Origin: a phage
Sequence record: NC_103192.1
DNA length: 64,000 bases
Strand: one strand, 5' to 3'
A program made the position numbers and the translations under genes. This document shows, in pieces, positions 18,987-28,217 of this stretch. Each line of letters starts with the position of its first letter. The stretch's first letter is position 1. Below the pieces are notes generated by a model. That model was not told the origin of the DNA. It was given only the letters and a program-made list of their open reading frames with translations, and made no database searches.

Positions 18987-19315
18987 TAGTCTTCCCCCAG
19001 GTTCAAAGGTCCTAAGATTTCATATGCCAGATTAGAAGTTACAAGAGGGTCTTCTGCGTCTTTAGTATTATACCACCCGTGAATAACCAGAGTCCCACTT
19101 TGTTTCATGTCCAACTGGAACTCTTCTGCCGTTTCCTCATCCAGCTCCAAGATTTCCATAAGGTATTTGATGTTAGGGAGGTATGCAGCTGTTACAGTCC
19201 CCTCTACCAGACCTTCAGGCCAACCTACATCCGGATGACAAGTAGGAACCAAGTTGGTCAACTTAATGGTGTACGCTTTTTCTGCACGAGCCTTCAGTAA
19301 CGGGTCAATCTTCAT
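18986..19315 (-). CDS. Small acidic protein, family A-like
   Basis: 1-nt stop/start overlap; acidic. Confidence 0.45.
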   Translation of the reverse strand: MKIDPLLKARAEKAYTIKLTNLVPTCHPDVGWPEGLVEGTVTAAYLPNIKYLMEILELDEETAEEFQLDMKQSGTLVIHGWYNTKDAEDPLVTSNLAYEILGPLNLGED

Positions 19316-19665
19316 TATTCGTCCTCCTCTTCGGTGCCTGCTTCCAGTAATAAGTTAAGAATATCTTCTGCACAAGGCTCATAGAACTCTTGGCCTTCAT
19401 TATCGATGATTTTGTAGTCATCTCCACGAATAATCAGGGGATCACTCTCAAAATTATCGAGACCTTTAACAACGACAACACGATCGATTGCCATCATTGT
19501 AAGAACTTTATCGACATCTTCCTCTGCTACACCATACTGCAGCAGAATGTCTTTGGTAGGAGGAACAGCATCCACCACAACGCCGTTACCAAAACCTTCT
19601 GGAAGTTTAGCTAAAATATCTTCCGGAACCACATTCACATCAAAACCGGTAATTTCTACTTTCAT
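19315..19665 (-). CDS. Small acidic protein, family A
   Basis: MKVEITG start; acidic C-terminus; 1-nt overlaps on both sides. Confidence 0.5.
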   Translation of the reverse strand: MKVEITGFDVNVVPEDILAKLPEGFGNGVVVDAVPPTKDILLQYGVAEEDVDKVLTMMAIDRVVVVKGLDNFESDPLIIRGDDYKIIDNEGQEFYEPCAEDILNLLLEAGTEEEDE

Positions 19666-19926
19666 TTACAGCACCTCTTCGTCAACTACTTCATAAAAAT
19701 GGCCTGGGATTGCAATAGCGTTCTCACCTTCACCTACAAACACAGTTCCGTCAAGAATCAACATCATAAGAATTTCTGTAATATCCTCTTCCGGAACGTT
19801 GCCAAAACCTTTAATCAACTTATAGGTCGGGATATCCGCCTCTAGGATGTCTCCATCTTTAGAACGGAAATCAACACCTTCCTGAATCTCTGCCGTTTCA
19901 AGGTTTTTCAATTTAATCTTCATCAA
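19666..19926 (-). CDS. Small acidic protein, family A
   Basis: MMKIKLKNL start; shares the family pattern. Confidence 0.5.
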   Translation of the reverse strand: MMKIKLKNLETAEIQEGVDFRSKDGDILEADIPTYKLIKGFGNVPEEDITEILMMLILDGTVFVGEGENAIAIPGHFYEVVDEEVL

Positions 19927-20002
19927 TCGGTCTCCTATCTTGTTAAGATGAAGGTATTATTGCACACAGGGTTGGTGTTGTCAACACCTGTGTGGCATAA
20001 AA

Positions 20003-20398
20003 TTACTGAAACAGTGCAGATAAATTACCTTCTGGTGGAAACTTATCTGCCAAGAACGGAGTCAGAACAGTGGCCTTCTGGAGATCTGGAGTCCACTCGT
20101 TGTTCAGAACATCCCAGTAGTACGCAATGTTACTGTGTGGGTGCCGCATTACGAACTTTTTCCCTTCGTAGTCATCTGAAACCTCTACAGAAGAAATAAC
20201 AACAGAATCTTCAAGGGTTTCTTCATAGAAAGATCCGCCTTCAAATTTCCAACGAGATGCAAGAGCCCCTGCCTTGAACGCTGCAGATAACGGACTGTCG
20301 GCAAGAACATACATTTCTTGCATTCTGTCGCTGCGATCTTTGCTTCTTACGTTGTATACAGTATCTGAGCTATACTCAACACGGTATAGGCTTACCAT
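20003..20398 (-). CDS. Paralog family B protein
   Basis: Shares HP.S...YW......WTP block with the 22205..22603 product. Confidence 0.5.
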   Translation of the reverse strand: MVSLYRVEYSSDTVYNVRSKDRSDRMQEMYVLADSPLSAAFKAGALASRWKFEGGSFYEETLEDSVVISSVEVSDDYEGKKFVMRHPHSNIAYYWDVLNNEWTPDLQKATVLTPFLADKFPPEGNLSALFQ

Positions 20399-20757
20399 TA
20401 CCGCACCTCCTCAATAACTTCCACATCTGAACCCACCACAAATGCAAAAGGACAGGTTTCATGAAAGACATCCGGATCTCCACCAAGCTTGCTAACTATC
20501 TCTCCACCACTGATAAACACAAGCTCACCAATATTCATCAGATTGCTAAAATAGTAGCCATAATGATTGAAGAATGCAGCTGGGTCAGGTAGACTGGTGG
20601 CCTCAAGCTCTACATTGCTTGAGATCACTTTCTTATCATACCCTCTCGCCTTTTGAGATGCAAGATCTGCAGAATCCTCAGGCGACCGAAGATGCACAGG
20701 AATTGTTTCACCAATAAAGCGTACTTTCATATTATCACCCAACAACCATAGCTTCAA
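20398..20757 (-). CDS. Small acidic protein, family A-like
   Basis: Sits upstream of a family B gene, the same arrangement as 22616/22205. Confidence 0.45.
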   Translation of the reverse strand: MKLWLLGDNMKVRFIGETIPVHLRSPEDSADLASQKARGYDKKVISSNVELEATSLPDPAAFFNHYGYYFSNLMNIGELVFISGGEIVSKLGGDPDVFHETCPFAFVVGSDVEVIEEVR

Positions 20758-20998
20758 AAGGAGTCATAAACGAATAAACAGCATCATCATCTGCTTCAGG
20801 AAATGCCCCCAAAGCCTTCATGTCTGAGCCTTTAACAAATACAAGGTTTTGATCAAAAGCTTCTTGTGGATCAATCCGGTACATATTTCGTAGGGTATCA
20901 CTTACCTCATCATCGAGAGGCGAGTATGCTGTGCACGTTTTTCCAATCAAGCTTTGAGAATCAGGGTATCCACCTGAAGTTTTAAAATAAACAATCAT
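20735..20998 (-). CDS. Small acidic protein, family A-like
   Basis: VFVKGSDMKALGAFPEADDD resembles the family G.DL.AAGA block. Confidence 0.4.
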   Translation of the reverse strand: MIVYFKTSGGYPDSQSLIGKTCTAYSPLDDEVSDTLRNMYRIDPQEAFDQNLVFVKGSDMKALGAFPEADDDAVYSFMTPFEAMVVG

Positions 20999-21090
20999 AT
21001 AGTCTCACCTTTGGTAAGAGATGGGGATTCCTTTCCCACAAATAATTACAAACCTTTCTTGTAGAGGAAAGTATGCTAACCCAAGCAGGA

Positions 21091-21360
21091 TTACTCTTCT
21101 ACAATCTCATACACATCCGGAGTTACAATCAACTCTTCCCCGTTACCTGGTGCAACAAACACTACCAAACCTTCAGGTGTGTGCTTTTTAGCCATCTCGA
21201 TGACATCTTCTCGCAGAGCTGGCTCCATCAGATCAAAACCTTCACCCAGGGCATCACGAACCACCTTCATGTAGTCAACTGGTTGTGCTTCAACGATCAT
21301 GCCTTCAACCAGTCCACAGTTTTTGTCTGCCAGTTCAGTTTGGAATAATTTAATTTTCAT
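21091..21360 (-). CDS. Small acidic protein, family A
   Basis: MKIKLFQTEL start; acidic. Confidence 0.45.
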   Translation of the reverse strand: MKIKLFQTELADKNCGLVEGMIVEAQPVDYMKVVRDALGEGFDLMEPALREDVIEMAKKHTPEGLVVFVAPGNGEELIVTPDVYEIVEE

Positions 21361-21503
21361 TTAGAGGTCTCCTCAATTATTTGATATTAATAGCCGTAAC
21401 CTAACACATTAACTACAACTGCGATTGCAAACATAATTCCAAAGCATGCAATCTCTACATTTGGGATTAATTTCTTAATCGTGCCCATTGTAGCACCTCA
21501 ATC

Positions 21504-21815
21504 TCAAAAGTCAATCTTTACTTTACCTTTTCCCTTACCTTTCTTTCCACCGCATTTAGCCAACTGGCGTGCTGCAACATCCACCATACGGTCAGTTGCC
21601 TCGTAAGCATCACTACCTTTAGCTTTGGCGATAACTTCTTTTCCAGAAGTGTCAAAAATGAAAGCCATAACTTCCTGGTGATCATTTTCAACTTTTACAC
21701 TCACACGTGCATAGTTGGCAGAGGGGTGCAAACGCTCCAGCTTGGACATTTTGTTGGAAATGAAAGACACCATACCTTCAGTGATCTCTACGTTGCCAGT
21801 GATTTCAATTTGCAT
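21504..21815 (-). CDS. hpf: Ribosome hibernation promoting factor / RaiA-family protein
   Basis: MQIEITGNVEITEGMVSFISNKMSKLERL...DAYEATDRMVDVAARQLAK aligns by eye with E. coli HPF (MQLNITGNNVEITEALREFVTAKFAKLEQY...DMYAAIDGLIDKLARQLTK). Confidence 0.8.
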   Translation of the reverse strand: MQIEITGNVEITEGMVSFISNKMSKLERLHPSANYARVSVKVENDHQEVMAFIFDTSGKEVIAKAKGSDAYEATDRMVDVAARQLAKCGGKKGKGKGKVKIDF

Positions 21816-21896
21816 AATGTGTTCCTTTTAAAGAAGAGGGACCAACCCCTCTTTGAAAACAATGATACTAAATCTGAAGCGTTGTGTCAACAGTTT

Positions 21897-22187
21897 TTAC
21901 AGCTTGTTGTCAATAGTATCTAAAATATCTACAGCAAGATCTGCCATTTTTCGAACATACTCTGCAAACTCAACAGGATCCTTGATCAAAGAATTCACAG
22001 GGTCGTACCCTAGAGCGTTCAAAATGGCTGCAGCATCTACAACCTTCTCATCATTTGCGAAGATCTCTCCGTCAAACTTGTAGGTCCATTTTGAGTCAAC
22101 CTTAGCAGAGCAGGGTTTGTCCATGCTTGTTACACCATCATCTTTAAACTCTCTTGAGTTATCAGTATCCAAAACTAAATCCATCAT
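21897..22187 (-). CDS. Hypothetical protein
   Basis: ORF in array. Confidence 0.4.
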   Translation of the reverse strand: MMDLVLDTDNSREFKDDGVTSMDKPCSAKVDSKWTYKFDGEIFANDEKVVDAAAILNALGYDPVNSLIKDPVEFAEYVRKMADLAVDILDTIDNKL

Positions 22188-22204
22188 GTAAGTACCCCAC
22201 TATT

Positions 22205-22603
22205 TCAGCTTATCTTTTCTTCAACAACCCCATAGCTTGGGGCAGAGTCAAGAGCTTTCTGGTTCAAAAGTGGTGTAGCAGAATCTGCAAACGGTGTCCA
22301 GGTTTTTGTTCTGGCATTCCAGTAATGCTTCACTCTGGAATCAGGATGCACTATAACAAAAACTTTTTCACTTGTCAACACATTAATTTCTTCCACACCC
22401 TTACTGACAATTTCTCCGTCATAGCCCCCAGTCTGGTATCCTTCGTACCAGGTTCTTGCATAGGCATAGCCAGCCTGCCAGCATGCAGCCTCCTCCGAGG
22501 TGGAGACTACGTAGAAGTCTTTCTCAAATTCTGGGATACGCCCTTGCTTTACGCTCCAAGCTCCGCGAATTTTCATTGTAACTTTGAACAGTTTATTTTT
22601 CAC
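22205..22603 (-). CDS. Paralog family B protein
   Basis: VIVHPDSRVKHYWNARTKTWTP matches VMRHPHSNIAYYWDVLNNEWTP in the 20003 gene. Confidence 0.5.
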   Translation of the reverse strand: MKNKLFKVTMKIRGAWSVKQGRIPEFEKDFYVVSTSEEAACWQAGYAYARTWYEGYQTGGYDGEIVSKGVEEINVLTSEKVFVIVHPDSRVKHYWNARTKTWTPFADSATPLLNQKALDSAPSYGVVEEKIS

Positions 22604-22615
22604 AACGGTTACCCA

Positions 22616-22870
22616 TCACAGCTCTACAATATCTGCATCTGACCCTACCCCAAAGGCATAATAGGACTCTTCCCCGAAATAATATTCAGGTGCACCAGCG
22701 GTGATCAGGTCTGATCCTAAAATAAACACCACGTTGTGGCCTACATAACTGTGATGTTGCCGCACAGGATCATCCCACGGCAACCCTTCAAAGTATACCG
22801 CAGGGACGACCTTTCCTTTCAGGAAGGATTGCCCCAAGTAGACGTTAGAATCAAGAATTTTAACCTTCAT
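22616..22870 (-). CDS. Small acidic protein, family A
   Basis: MKVKILDSNVYLGQ...GSDLITAGA; paralog of 22860 and 26410. Confidence 0.55.
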   Translation of the reverse strand: MKVKILDSNVYLGQSFLKGKVVPAVYFEGLPWDDPVRQHHSYVGHNVVFILGSDLITAGAPEYYFGEESYYAFGVGSDADIVEL

Positions 22871-23087
22871 GATCGTCCTCCACTATCTCTACATCCTCAC
22901 CTAGGGCAAAGTTGTAGTCCCACTGGCTGTCAAAGCAGTCCTGAGATGCACCAGCGGCAATAAGATCTGCCCCTTTTATTTTTAAAAGGTCAGGGTAATC
23001 TTCGTTAGGGACAGCAGTAAACACTTTTCCTACTAAAGGCTCCTGACCAATATAGAAGCTTGAATCTAAAACTTTAACTTTCATCAA
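22860..23087 (-). CDS. Small acidic protein, family A
   Basis: MMKVKVLDSSFYIGQ...KGADLIAAGA. Confidence 0.55.
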   Translation of the reverse strand: MMKVKVLDSSFYIGQEPLVGKVFTAVPNEDYPDLLKIKGADLIAAGASQDCFDSQWDYNFALGEDVEIVEDDHEG

Positions 23088-23365
23088 CGGTCTCCATCAG
23101 GTGGTTGTGGGACGTAAACACTGTTACGAATATCGTCAGCAGTGTAGTAATAAGTGGTTCCAACCCTGTCTCGGGCTGCAATGTACTCTGCTATACCAAT
23201 AAGTGCCATTGATTTGGTGGCATATCTTCCCAACTCGTTAGCTCCCCAGTAGAATTTAGACCAATATGGGATAAGTCCAAACAAATATACCTTTTGTCTC
23301 ACTTCCCAATAGGTCTCCTTACTACACACCTTGAACTCCACATCTGTATCGCAAATCTTTTTCAT
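23084..23365 (-). CDS. Hypothetical protein
   Basis: ORF; start set at internal MKKICD to avoid the long overlap. Confidence 0.35.
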   Translation of the reverse strand: MKKICDTDVEFKVCSKETYWEVRQKVYLFGLIPYWSKFYWGANELGRYATKSMALIGIAEYIAARDRVGTTYYYTADDIRNSVYVPQPPDGDR

Positions 23366-23367
23366 TA

Positions 23368-23661
23368 CTAGTCCTCTTCTGTGGTTGGATTGGTAGTAAG
23401 ATATTGTGCATTGGCCGGAGGTACACCAGACATCTTCCACACAATCATACATTTATACCCAGGAATTCTCCTAAAAGATGCTCCTGAGGTATCCGTGCAG
23501 GAATATTTCCGTTTACCGAACCCGTTCTCAAGCATGATCCAGTATCCCGTGTCTTTATCACCTGGAATTGGTGATCCATCATCGTCCACCCACTGAATGG
23601 ACCACGGCACGATGGCTACAGCTTTATATTTAAACTTTTTAAACCACTCAAAAAGTTTCAT
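23368..23661 (-). CDS. Hypothetical protein
   Basis: ORF in array. Confidence 0.4.
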   Translation of the reverse strand: MKLFEWFKKFKYKAVAIVPWSIQWVDDDGSPIPGDKDTGYWIMLENGFGKRKYSCTDTSGASFRRIPGYKCMIVWKMSGVPPANAQYLTTNPTTEED

Positions 23662-23846
23662 AATTCAGCCTCGCTTGGCAACTCTTCTACCTTAACATGC
23701 CGAAAAGTGTTACCGTAATGGTTGATCCATGACATCAGCTCGCTTTCTTGCTCTTCCTCTGGGATGAACTCTCGAATGCTGACAAGTTTTAAGAAAACCC
23801 AATCACAATCTGCACCCATTCTACCAGACAGACAATAGTGCTTCAT
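23658..23846 (-). CDS. Hypothetical protein
   Basis: 4-nt overlap with downstream gene. Confidence 0.35.
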   Translation of the reverse strand: MKHYCLSGRMGADCDWVFLKLVSIREFIPEEEQESELMSWINHYGNTFRHVKVEELPSEAEL

Positions 23847-23864
23847 AAAACCCTCCCGCCTGGT

Positions 23865-24059
23865 TTAGAATATTGCTTCTTCCATTGCACCTGAGAGCAA
23901 CAAAGAGGTAATCTGGCTAACATTCATCTCAGACTCCACTTCCTCTCCTTTGAAAGGTTCGCGGCAGAATAGGACTGTTTCAGGACTTTTACTTCGAACA
24001 ATATAATACAAATCATTCAATGTGTTGTAGTAATAAGTGTTAAAACGTAAGTTTTTCAT
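23865..24059 (-). CDS. Hypothetical protein
   Basis: ORF in array. Confidence 0.35.
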   Translation of the reverse strand: MKNLRFNTYYYNTLNDLYYIVRSKSPETVLFCREPFKGEEVESEMNVSQITSLLLSGAMEEAIF

Positions 24060-24343
24060 TTTCTAGTCCTCTTCTTAGATTTTTGGGGAGAAACGCTTTC
24101 TGCAATACGAGACAGACGTTCTTCTGAAGCCTTACCTACTCCAGGTTTTTTGAGTGGATTATCTTTATGACCACAATCCAACTGGATATTGGATACCTCT
24201 CCAACTTTGTAAGTCAATTCTAGCAAAAGGTTGTCGTCCTTGTCAAATGTTTTTACGATAAATTTTTTATCGTTCTCCTGAACTTCATATCTGGTACCTG
24301 CAGTATACAGCATGGTGCCATCAGCATAGGATATCCAGATCAT
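24056..24343 (-). CDS. Hypothetical protein
   Basis: 4-nt overlap; basic C-terminus. Confidence 0.4.
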   Translation of the reverse strand: MIWISYADGTMLYTAGTRYEVQENDKKFIVKTFDKDDNLLLELTYKVGEVSNIQLDCGHKDNPLKKPGVGKASEERLSRIAESVSPQKSKKRTRK

Positions 24344-24687
24344 TGAGCCTCCTTTTGCTGCAACAGCATTAACTCTTTGTTAGAGATCTTTACTGCTGTT
24401 TTTATTGTTCCATCTTCACGAAACCACGACCAGAACTCTACAGTGTCACCACTATCAAGTAAAGCATGCCCATGGTAAAAATCTTTGTCCTTAGACAGTT
24501 TCTCATCTATATCTGCATCAACACATTCGTGATCCATAGCATTTTGCCTGAACGCATCGGTTATGCCAATGCACGCCTTGCTCTCAAGACTGGTATATCC
24601 GATATCTTTTAATTCAGTTTCCCAAGTCCAGTACCCTATAAAAGCTAAAACAGCTACCCACAGTAATAACGTTTTAATCTTTGGCAT
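24340..24687 (-). CDS. Hypothetical secreted or membrane protein
   Basis: N-terminal signal/TM segment LLLWVAVLAFIGYWTW. Confidence 0.45.
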   Translation of the reverse strand: MPKIKTLLLWVAVLAFIGYWTWETELKDIGYTSLESKACIGITDAFRQNAMDHECVDADIDEKLSKDKDFYHGHALLDSGDTVEFWSWFREDGTIKTAVKISNKELMLLQQKEAQ

Positions 24688-24749
24688 TCTCTCTACCTCT
24701 TTCTTAGTTTATTTCACTATGGCACATCCTTTGTGCCATATCTCAACTA

Positions 24750-25220
24750 CTACTTAAATAGTAGTTCAAAATAGTGCAAAATTAACAGAAGTTGAACTAC
24801 ACCTAGTGCAACGGCGAGTATGTTAATCTTAGAATCGAAAAACTTCTTAACTTTTACTCTAAAAGGTTCCTTAATGTCCTTTACGATCCTATCTATAGAT
24901 GACCTCATATCTCTGATTACCATCCTGAACATTAAAGACGGATGCTCCCCCATCTCTGTAACGGAATCGAAAACATACTCTCTTCGGTCATAAGGGCCGC
25001 CAGCTCTGCGTATTAACCTCTCCACAGAGACCTCGAACGTCACACCTGTAACGTAATCATCTATAACAAGTCGTGACGGGTCTTTACCTTTACTATCAAG
25101 AGGTATCAAAGTTATCTTTCCAGATTTTGTTAAAATTTCCCCTTTTTCAAGCAAGGTGTACCAATGCTCTCTGCCAAGACTGTTGAGGCACGTTTTTACA
25201 TATTTAACAAACATCGTCAC
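24750..25220 (-). CDS. Hypothetical membrane-anchored protein
   Basis: C-terminal TM segment ILAVALGVVQLLLILHYF. Confidence 0.45.
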   Translation of the reverse strand: MTMFVKYVKTCLNSLGREHWYTLLEKGEILTKSGKITLIPLDSKGKDPSRLVIDDYVTGVTFEVSVERLIRRAGGPYDRREYVFDSVTEMGEHPSLMFRMVIRDMRSSIDRIVKDIKEPFRVKVKKFFDSKINILAVALGVVQLLLILHYFELLFK

Positions 25221-25420
25221 CCCTCATCGCACGTCTGATATAACCACTCTATAAAATCTTGATACCATTCGCCCTCTGAGCGCTCCGTAGGCCAATAATC
25301 TTCACCCTCTCGTGCATTAAAATCTGAGTATTCAACTTTCCACTCCTTTACCAGCTCGTGGAGAAGGTTTTCAGCCTGCTCTAAAGATTTATTTTTTACC
25401 ATTGCTGTCTCCTTTTTCAA
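25217..25420 (-). CDS. Hypothetical protein
   Basis: 4-nt overlap; SD aaaggagac. Confidence 0.45.
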   Translation of the reverse strand: MKKETAMVKNKSLEQAENLLHELVKEWKVEYSDFNAREGEDYWPTERSEGEWYQDFIEWLYQTCDEG

Positions 25421-25496
25421 GATAGTTATACATCAGAACTGCACCACCTAAGATGGCTACCAGTAACAATATCCCAGATAGCATCTCAATAAACAT
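25389..25496 (-). CDS. Small membrane peptide (35 aa)
   Basis: MFIEMLSGILLLVAILGGAVLMYNYLEKGDSNGKK; overlaps the start of the downstream gene; not in ORF track. Confidence 0.3.
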   Translation of the reverse strand: MFIEMLSGILLLVAILGGAVLMYNYLEKGDSNGKK

Positions 25497-25621
25497 GGCT
25501 TGAAACACTGGAAGGTCTCCCTAAATTAACGCACCATTTTAAATACATGCTCTTTTCCCATAAAGGTGCCTGGCTAAGATCTGCGTAGAACGCAATCTCT
25601 TTAAGAACAGTATAGATAGTT

Positions 25622-25849
25622 TTAGGTGCGGTCTCCATCCCTACTCTCCTTCCTGATATTCTTGTAGTAATCAACTAGGCACATTATTACGATGAAGATA
25701 ACAACAGGCCAAAAAGGTGCAGCAGTGATGATGGTGATAAAATCATCAAACTTCACCCTTCGTCTGGACACGATGCATACACCTGTCAAGAATACCGCTG
25801 TTATAACGGACATTACCAGGTAACCTATTAGCACAACATTTATACTCAT
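25622..25849 (-). CDS. Hypothetical membrane protein
   Basis: Two hydrophobic segments. Confidence 0.4.
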   Translation of the reverse strand: MSINVVLIGYLVMSVITAVFLTGVCIVSRRRVKFDDFITIITAAPFWPVVIFIVIMCLVDYYKNIRKESRDGDRT

Positions 25850-25879
25850 TGGTCCTCCCTTTGTAGGTTAAATTGTATA

Positions 25880-26413
25880 CTACAAATGGTCGCTGAGGGT
25901 GTCAAGAAAATTATCCCGTTCTTTCTCAGAGTTTTCATGTGTGTAGCTGAAAAACATATCGAGAATAACCTTATTGATATATTCCAGCTCCTCTGTGTTC
26001 AGATGCTTAGCAGGATCTACAATGACATCCCAAATATCATACAGACCACACTCATGATACCCATAACGCCACTCAATTGTCAAGCTGAGCGGCAAATCTT
26101 TACCTTCACAAACAACCTTCCATCTACATATGTTGGTATCTGGTCGTACCTGTGCACGGTACACCTGCACAAAATCCAATTTGAATTTGAGGTACTCGTC
26201 ATACAATTTAAGCACAAAGCTCTCGATTTGTGGAGACACTTTTGCAGCAAACTGTGCGTATTTGTACTTGCACTGGATGATCTTTCTGCGTTTTGCAGTT
26301 AAATTTTTTGCCGCCAGTTGTTCTTCAGTGTATCTCCACCTACGATCAACAAACGCAACAGGGTCTTTGTCCCCATAGAGGTCTTCCCAGTTAATCAGAA
26401 GCATACCTGTCAC
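25880..26413 (-). CDS. Hypothetical protein (177 aa)
   Basis: ORF in array. Confidence 0.45.
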   Translation of the reverse strand: MTGMLLINWEDLYGDKDPVAFVDRRWRYTEEQLAAKNLTAKRRKIIQCKYKYAQFAAKVSPQIESFVLKLYDEYLKFKLDFVQVYRAQVRPDTNICRWKVVCEGKDLPLSLTIEWRYGYHECGLYDIWDVIVDPAKHLNTEELEYINKVILDMFFSYTHENSEKERDNFLDTLSDHL

Positions 26414-26643
26414 TCCTCCACAACTTCAAGGCCTTTACCGCCTCGCTCTGGCAGATTACTTAAAGATAGGTAATACATATAATCAGGAGAGATCCTGCCA
26501 GACTCTGCACCTGCAGCTAGTAAATCCTTCCCTTTAACCAGGACAACATTCTCGTTTGCAGATAGCCGTTTTGCTTCCACAATTTTACCAACACAGTCAA
26601 CCAAGGAAGGGTACCCTAAATCTGTAAGAAATTTAACTTTCAT
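26410..26643 (-). CDS. Small acidic protein, family A
   Basis: MKVKFLTDLGYPSLVDCVGKIV...KGKDLLAAGA. Confidence 0.55.
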   Translation of the reverse strand: MKVKFLTDLGYPSLVDCVGKIVEAKRLSANENVVLVKGKDLLAAGAESGRISPDYMYYLSLSNLPERGGKGLEVVEE

Positions 26644-26680
26644 GCTACCTCCTACCTACCGTCCCTGGTAAGATAAATTA

Positions 26681-27079
26681 TTACTGAACAGAGCGCGGTG
26701 CTGGGAAGGATAACTCTTCTAAAGAGAAGATTTCATTTCCTACCACCCAAGTTGCTGGGTCATCTGGATCAACAGGTTGGACAATCATTACCTCATCCGC
26801 CTCGCACACACGTTTCCCACCCATAGTAGCGTCAGCCACTAACATACGCGGCTCTTCAGAAATGCACAGGTAGCCACCTCGGCCCACTGTTCCTTCCACG
26901 GGATCCTGCCCTTTGACCACAATGAATACCTTCTCTCCTGTGGAGATATTACTTTTCACACTAACAGTTTGACCAACTTTAGATGTACCGATCTTGGTGG
27001 CTTCAAACATTAAATCCCGAATTACTGTTGCATAGTTGCCGGACACTTTCTTACCTTCTTTAGTAATCTCAATCTTCAT
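26681..27079 (-). CDS. Hypothetical protein
   Basis: MKIEITKEG start. Confidence 0.45.
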   Translation of the reverse strand: MKIEITKEGKKVSGNYATVIRDLMFEATKIGTSKVGQTVSVKSNISTGEKVFIVVKGQDPVEGTVGRGGYLCISEEPRMLVADATMGGKRVCEADEVMIVQPVDPDDPATWVVGNEIFSLEELSFPAPRSVQ

Positions 27080-27351
27080 AATCTAGGCTCCTTAAATGAA
27101 TCTATGTAATCAATTAAATCCCAAGCATCGCGATGGGCTGTCAGAGGGTATACTTCTCCGAGAGGGATCATAGCAATAAGTCTATCAAAAACCCAGTCTG
27201 GACGCAACATTTTATGGTGATATTCCCACTCACCTTCTACAGATTTTTTCTGAGTGATCAGGATCTCTGTGTAGTGTTTCGCCTGTCTTGAGTAGATTGA
27301 AAATGACTTGTACATAAATGACCCCCTCTTGTTGAAAACAACAATACACAA
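27076..27351 (-). CDS. Hypothetical protein
   Basis: 4-nt overlap. Confidence 0.4.
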   Translation of the reverse strand: MCIVVFNKRGSFMYKSFSIYSRQAKHYTEILITQKKSVEGEWEYHHKMLRPDWVFDRLIAMIPLGEVYPLTAHRDAWDLIDYIDSFKEPRL

Positions 27352-27666
27352 CTACCAGGTTACTGTCAAGTAGGCAACCGTATTATTTTTCTCTGGGGAG
27401 ATGCCAACAACATCTACCTGCAGACCTCCTGCCCTTAAATCTCCAACAATGTGCGGGAAGTAATCTGAGAAATGCGAGGGTAGATTTATCGAAAATCCGC
27501 ACCCCAGAAAGCCTGCTAACGCTTTATTTTGTATCTCCCCTACAATCGCATCATAAATGGAGTTAAGCTCGTCAGGGAGCGTTACAGGGCGTTTTAGCGC
27601 CAGCTGGTGTAATTTGTCCTTAGCACTCATTTTCATTTCAGGTCTACCTCTGGGGGTGCCAACCAC
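27352..27666 (-). CDS. Hypothetical protein
   Basis: ORF in array. Confidence 0.4.
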   Translation of the reverse strand: MVGTPRGRPEMKMSAKDKLHQLALKRPVTLPDELNSIYDAIVGEIQNKALAGFLGCGFSINLPSHFSDYFPHIVGDLRAGGLQVDVVGISPEKNNTVAYLTVTW

Positions 27667-28166
27667 ATAAACGGCGGCAAGTCTAAACGGTTTTTCTTAT
27701 CCCACACAAAATATGCATATGCTTGCCCGTCAGTTCTGCCGTTTGATTGAAATGATGGACGCTTAGATATTGTGATCACAGTAGTAGGTGCATTATCAAG
27801 CCACCATTCAAATCTGGCTTTGCTTTCCAGAAAATTAAGACGTAAAAGCATAATAACTACGTCAGCATCTTTCAACGCCTTGTCTACAAACTCACGAGCC
27901 AGGCTGTATGGTGGGTTGGTGATAATACAGTCAACATGGTTGTATTCTGTATTCAGATAGTCAACACCTTCTTGTATTTCTCCCCATGCAGATCCTAACG
28001 GCATACGGGAGTAGAACACACCTGAGGCACTATTCCTGCAAGGCTCTAAGTAGGTCCAGTCTTCTGGGAACGGAATAAGGTCATACAGCCCTTCTGCACA
28101 CCACTCCGGTGTCACATACTCATCGTAGGCGTTACGTTGTTCATCAGGTTTTCTAGCACAAGTCAT
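27633..28166 (-). CDS. Phage-type DNA N6-adenine methyltransferase
   Basis: Catalytic motif IV CIITNPPYS; small size typical of phage Dam-like MTases. Confidence 0.65.
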   Translation of the reverse strand: MTCARKPDEQRNAYDEYVTPEWCAEGLYDLIPFPEDWTYLEPCRNSASGVFYSRMPLGSAWGEIQEGVDYLNTEYNHVDCIITNPPYSLAREFVDKALKDADVVIMLLRLNFLESKARFEWWLDNAPTTVITISKRPSFQSNGRTDGQAYAYFVWDKKNRLDLPPFMWLAPPEVDLK

Positions 28167-28217
28167 GCAAATCTCCAGATCGTAAAAGCCCTCCGAAGAG
28201 GGCTTTAGAATTAATGT

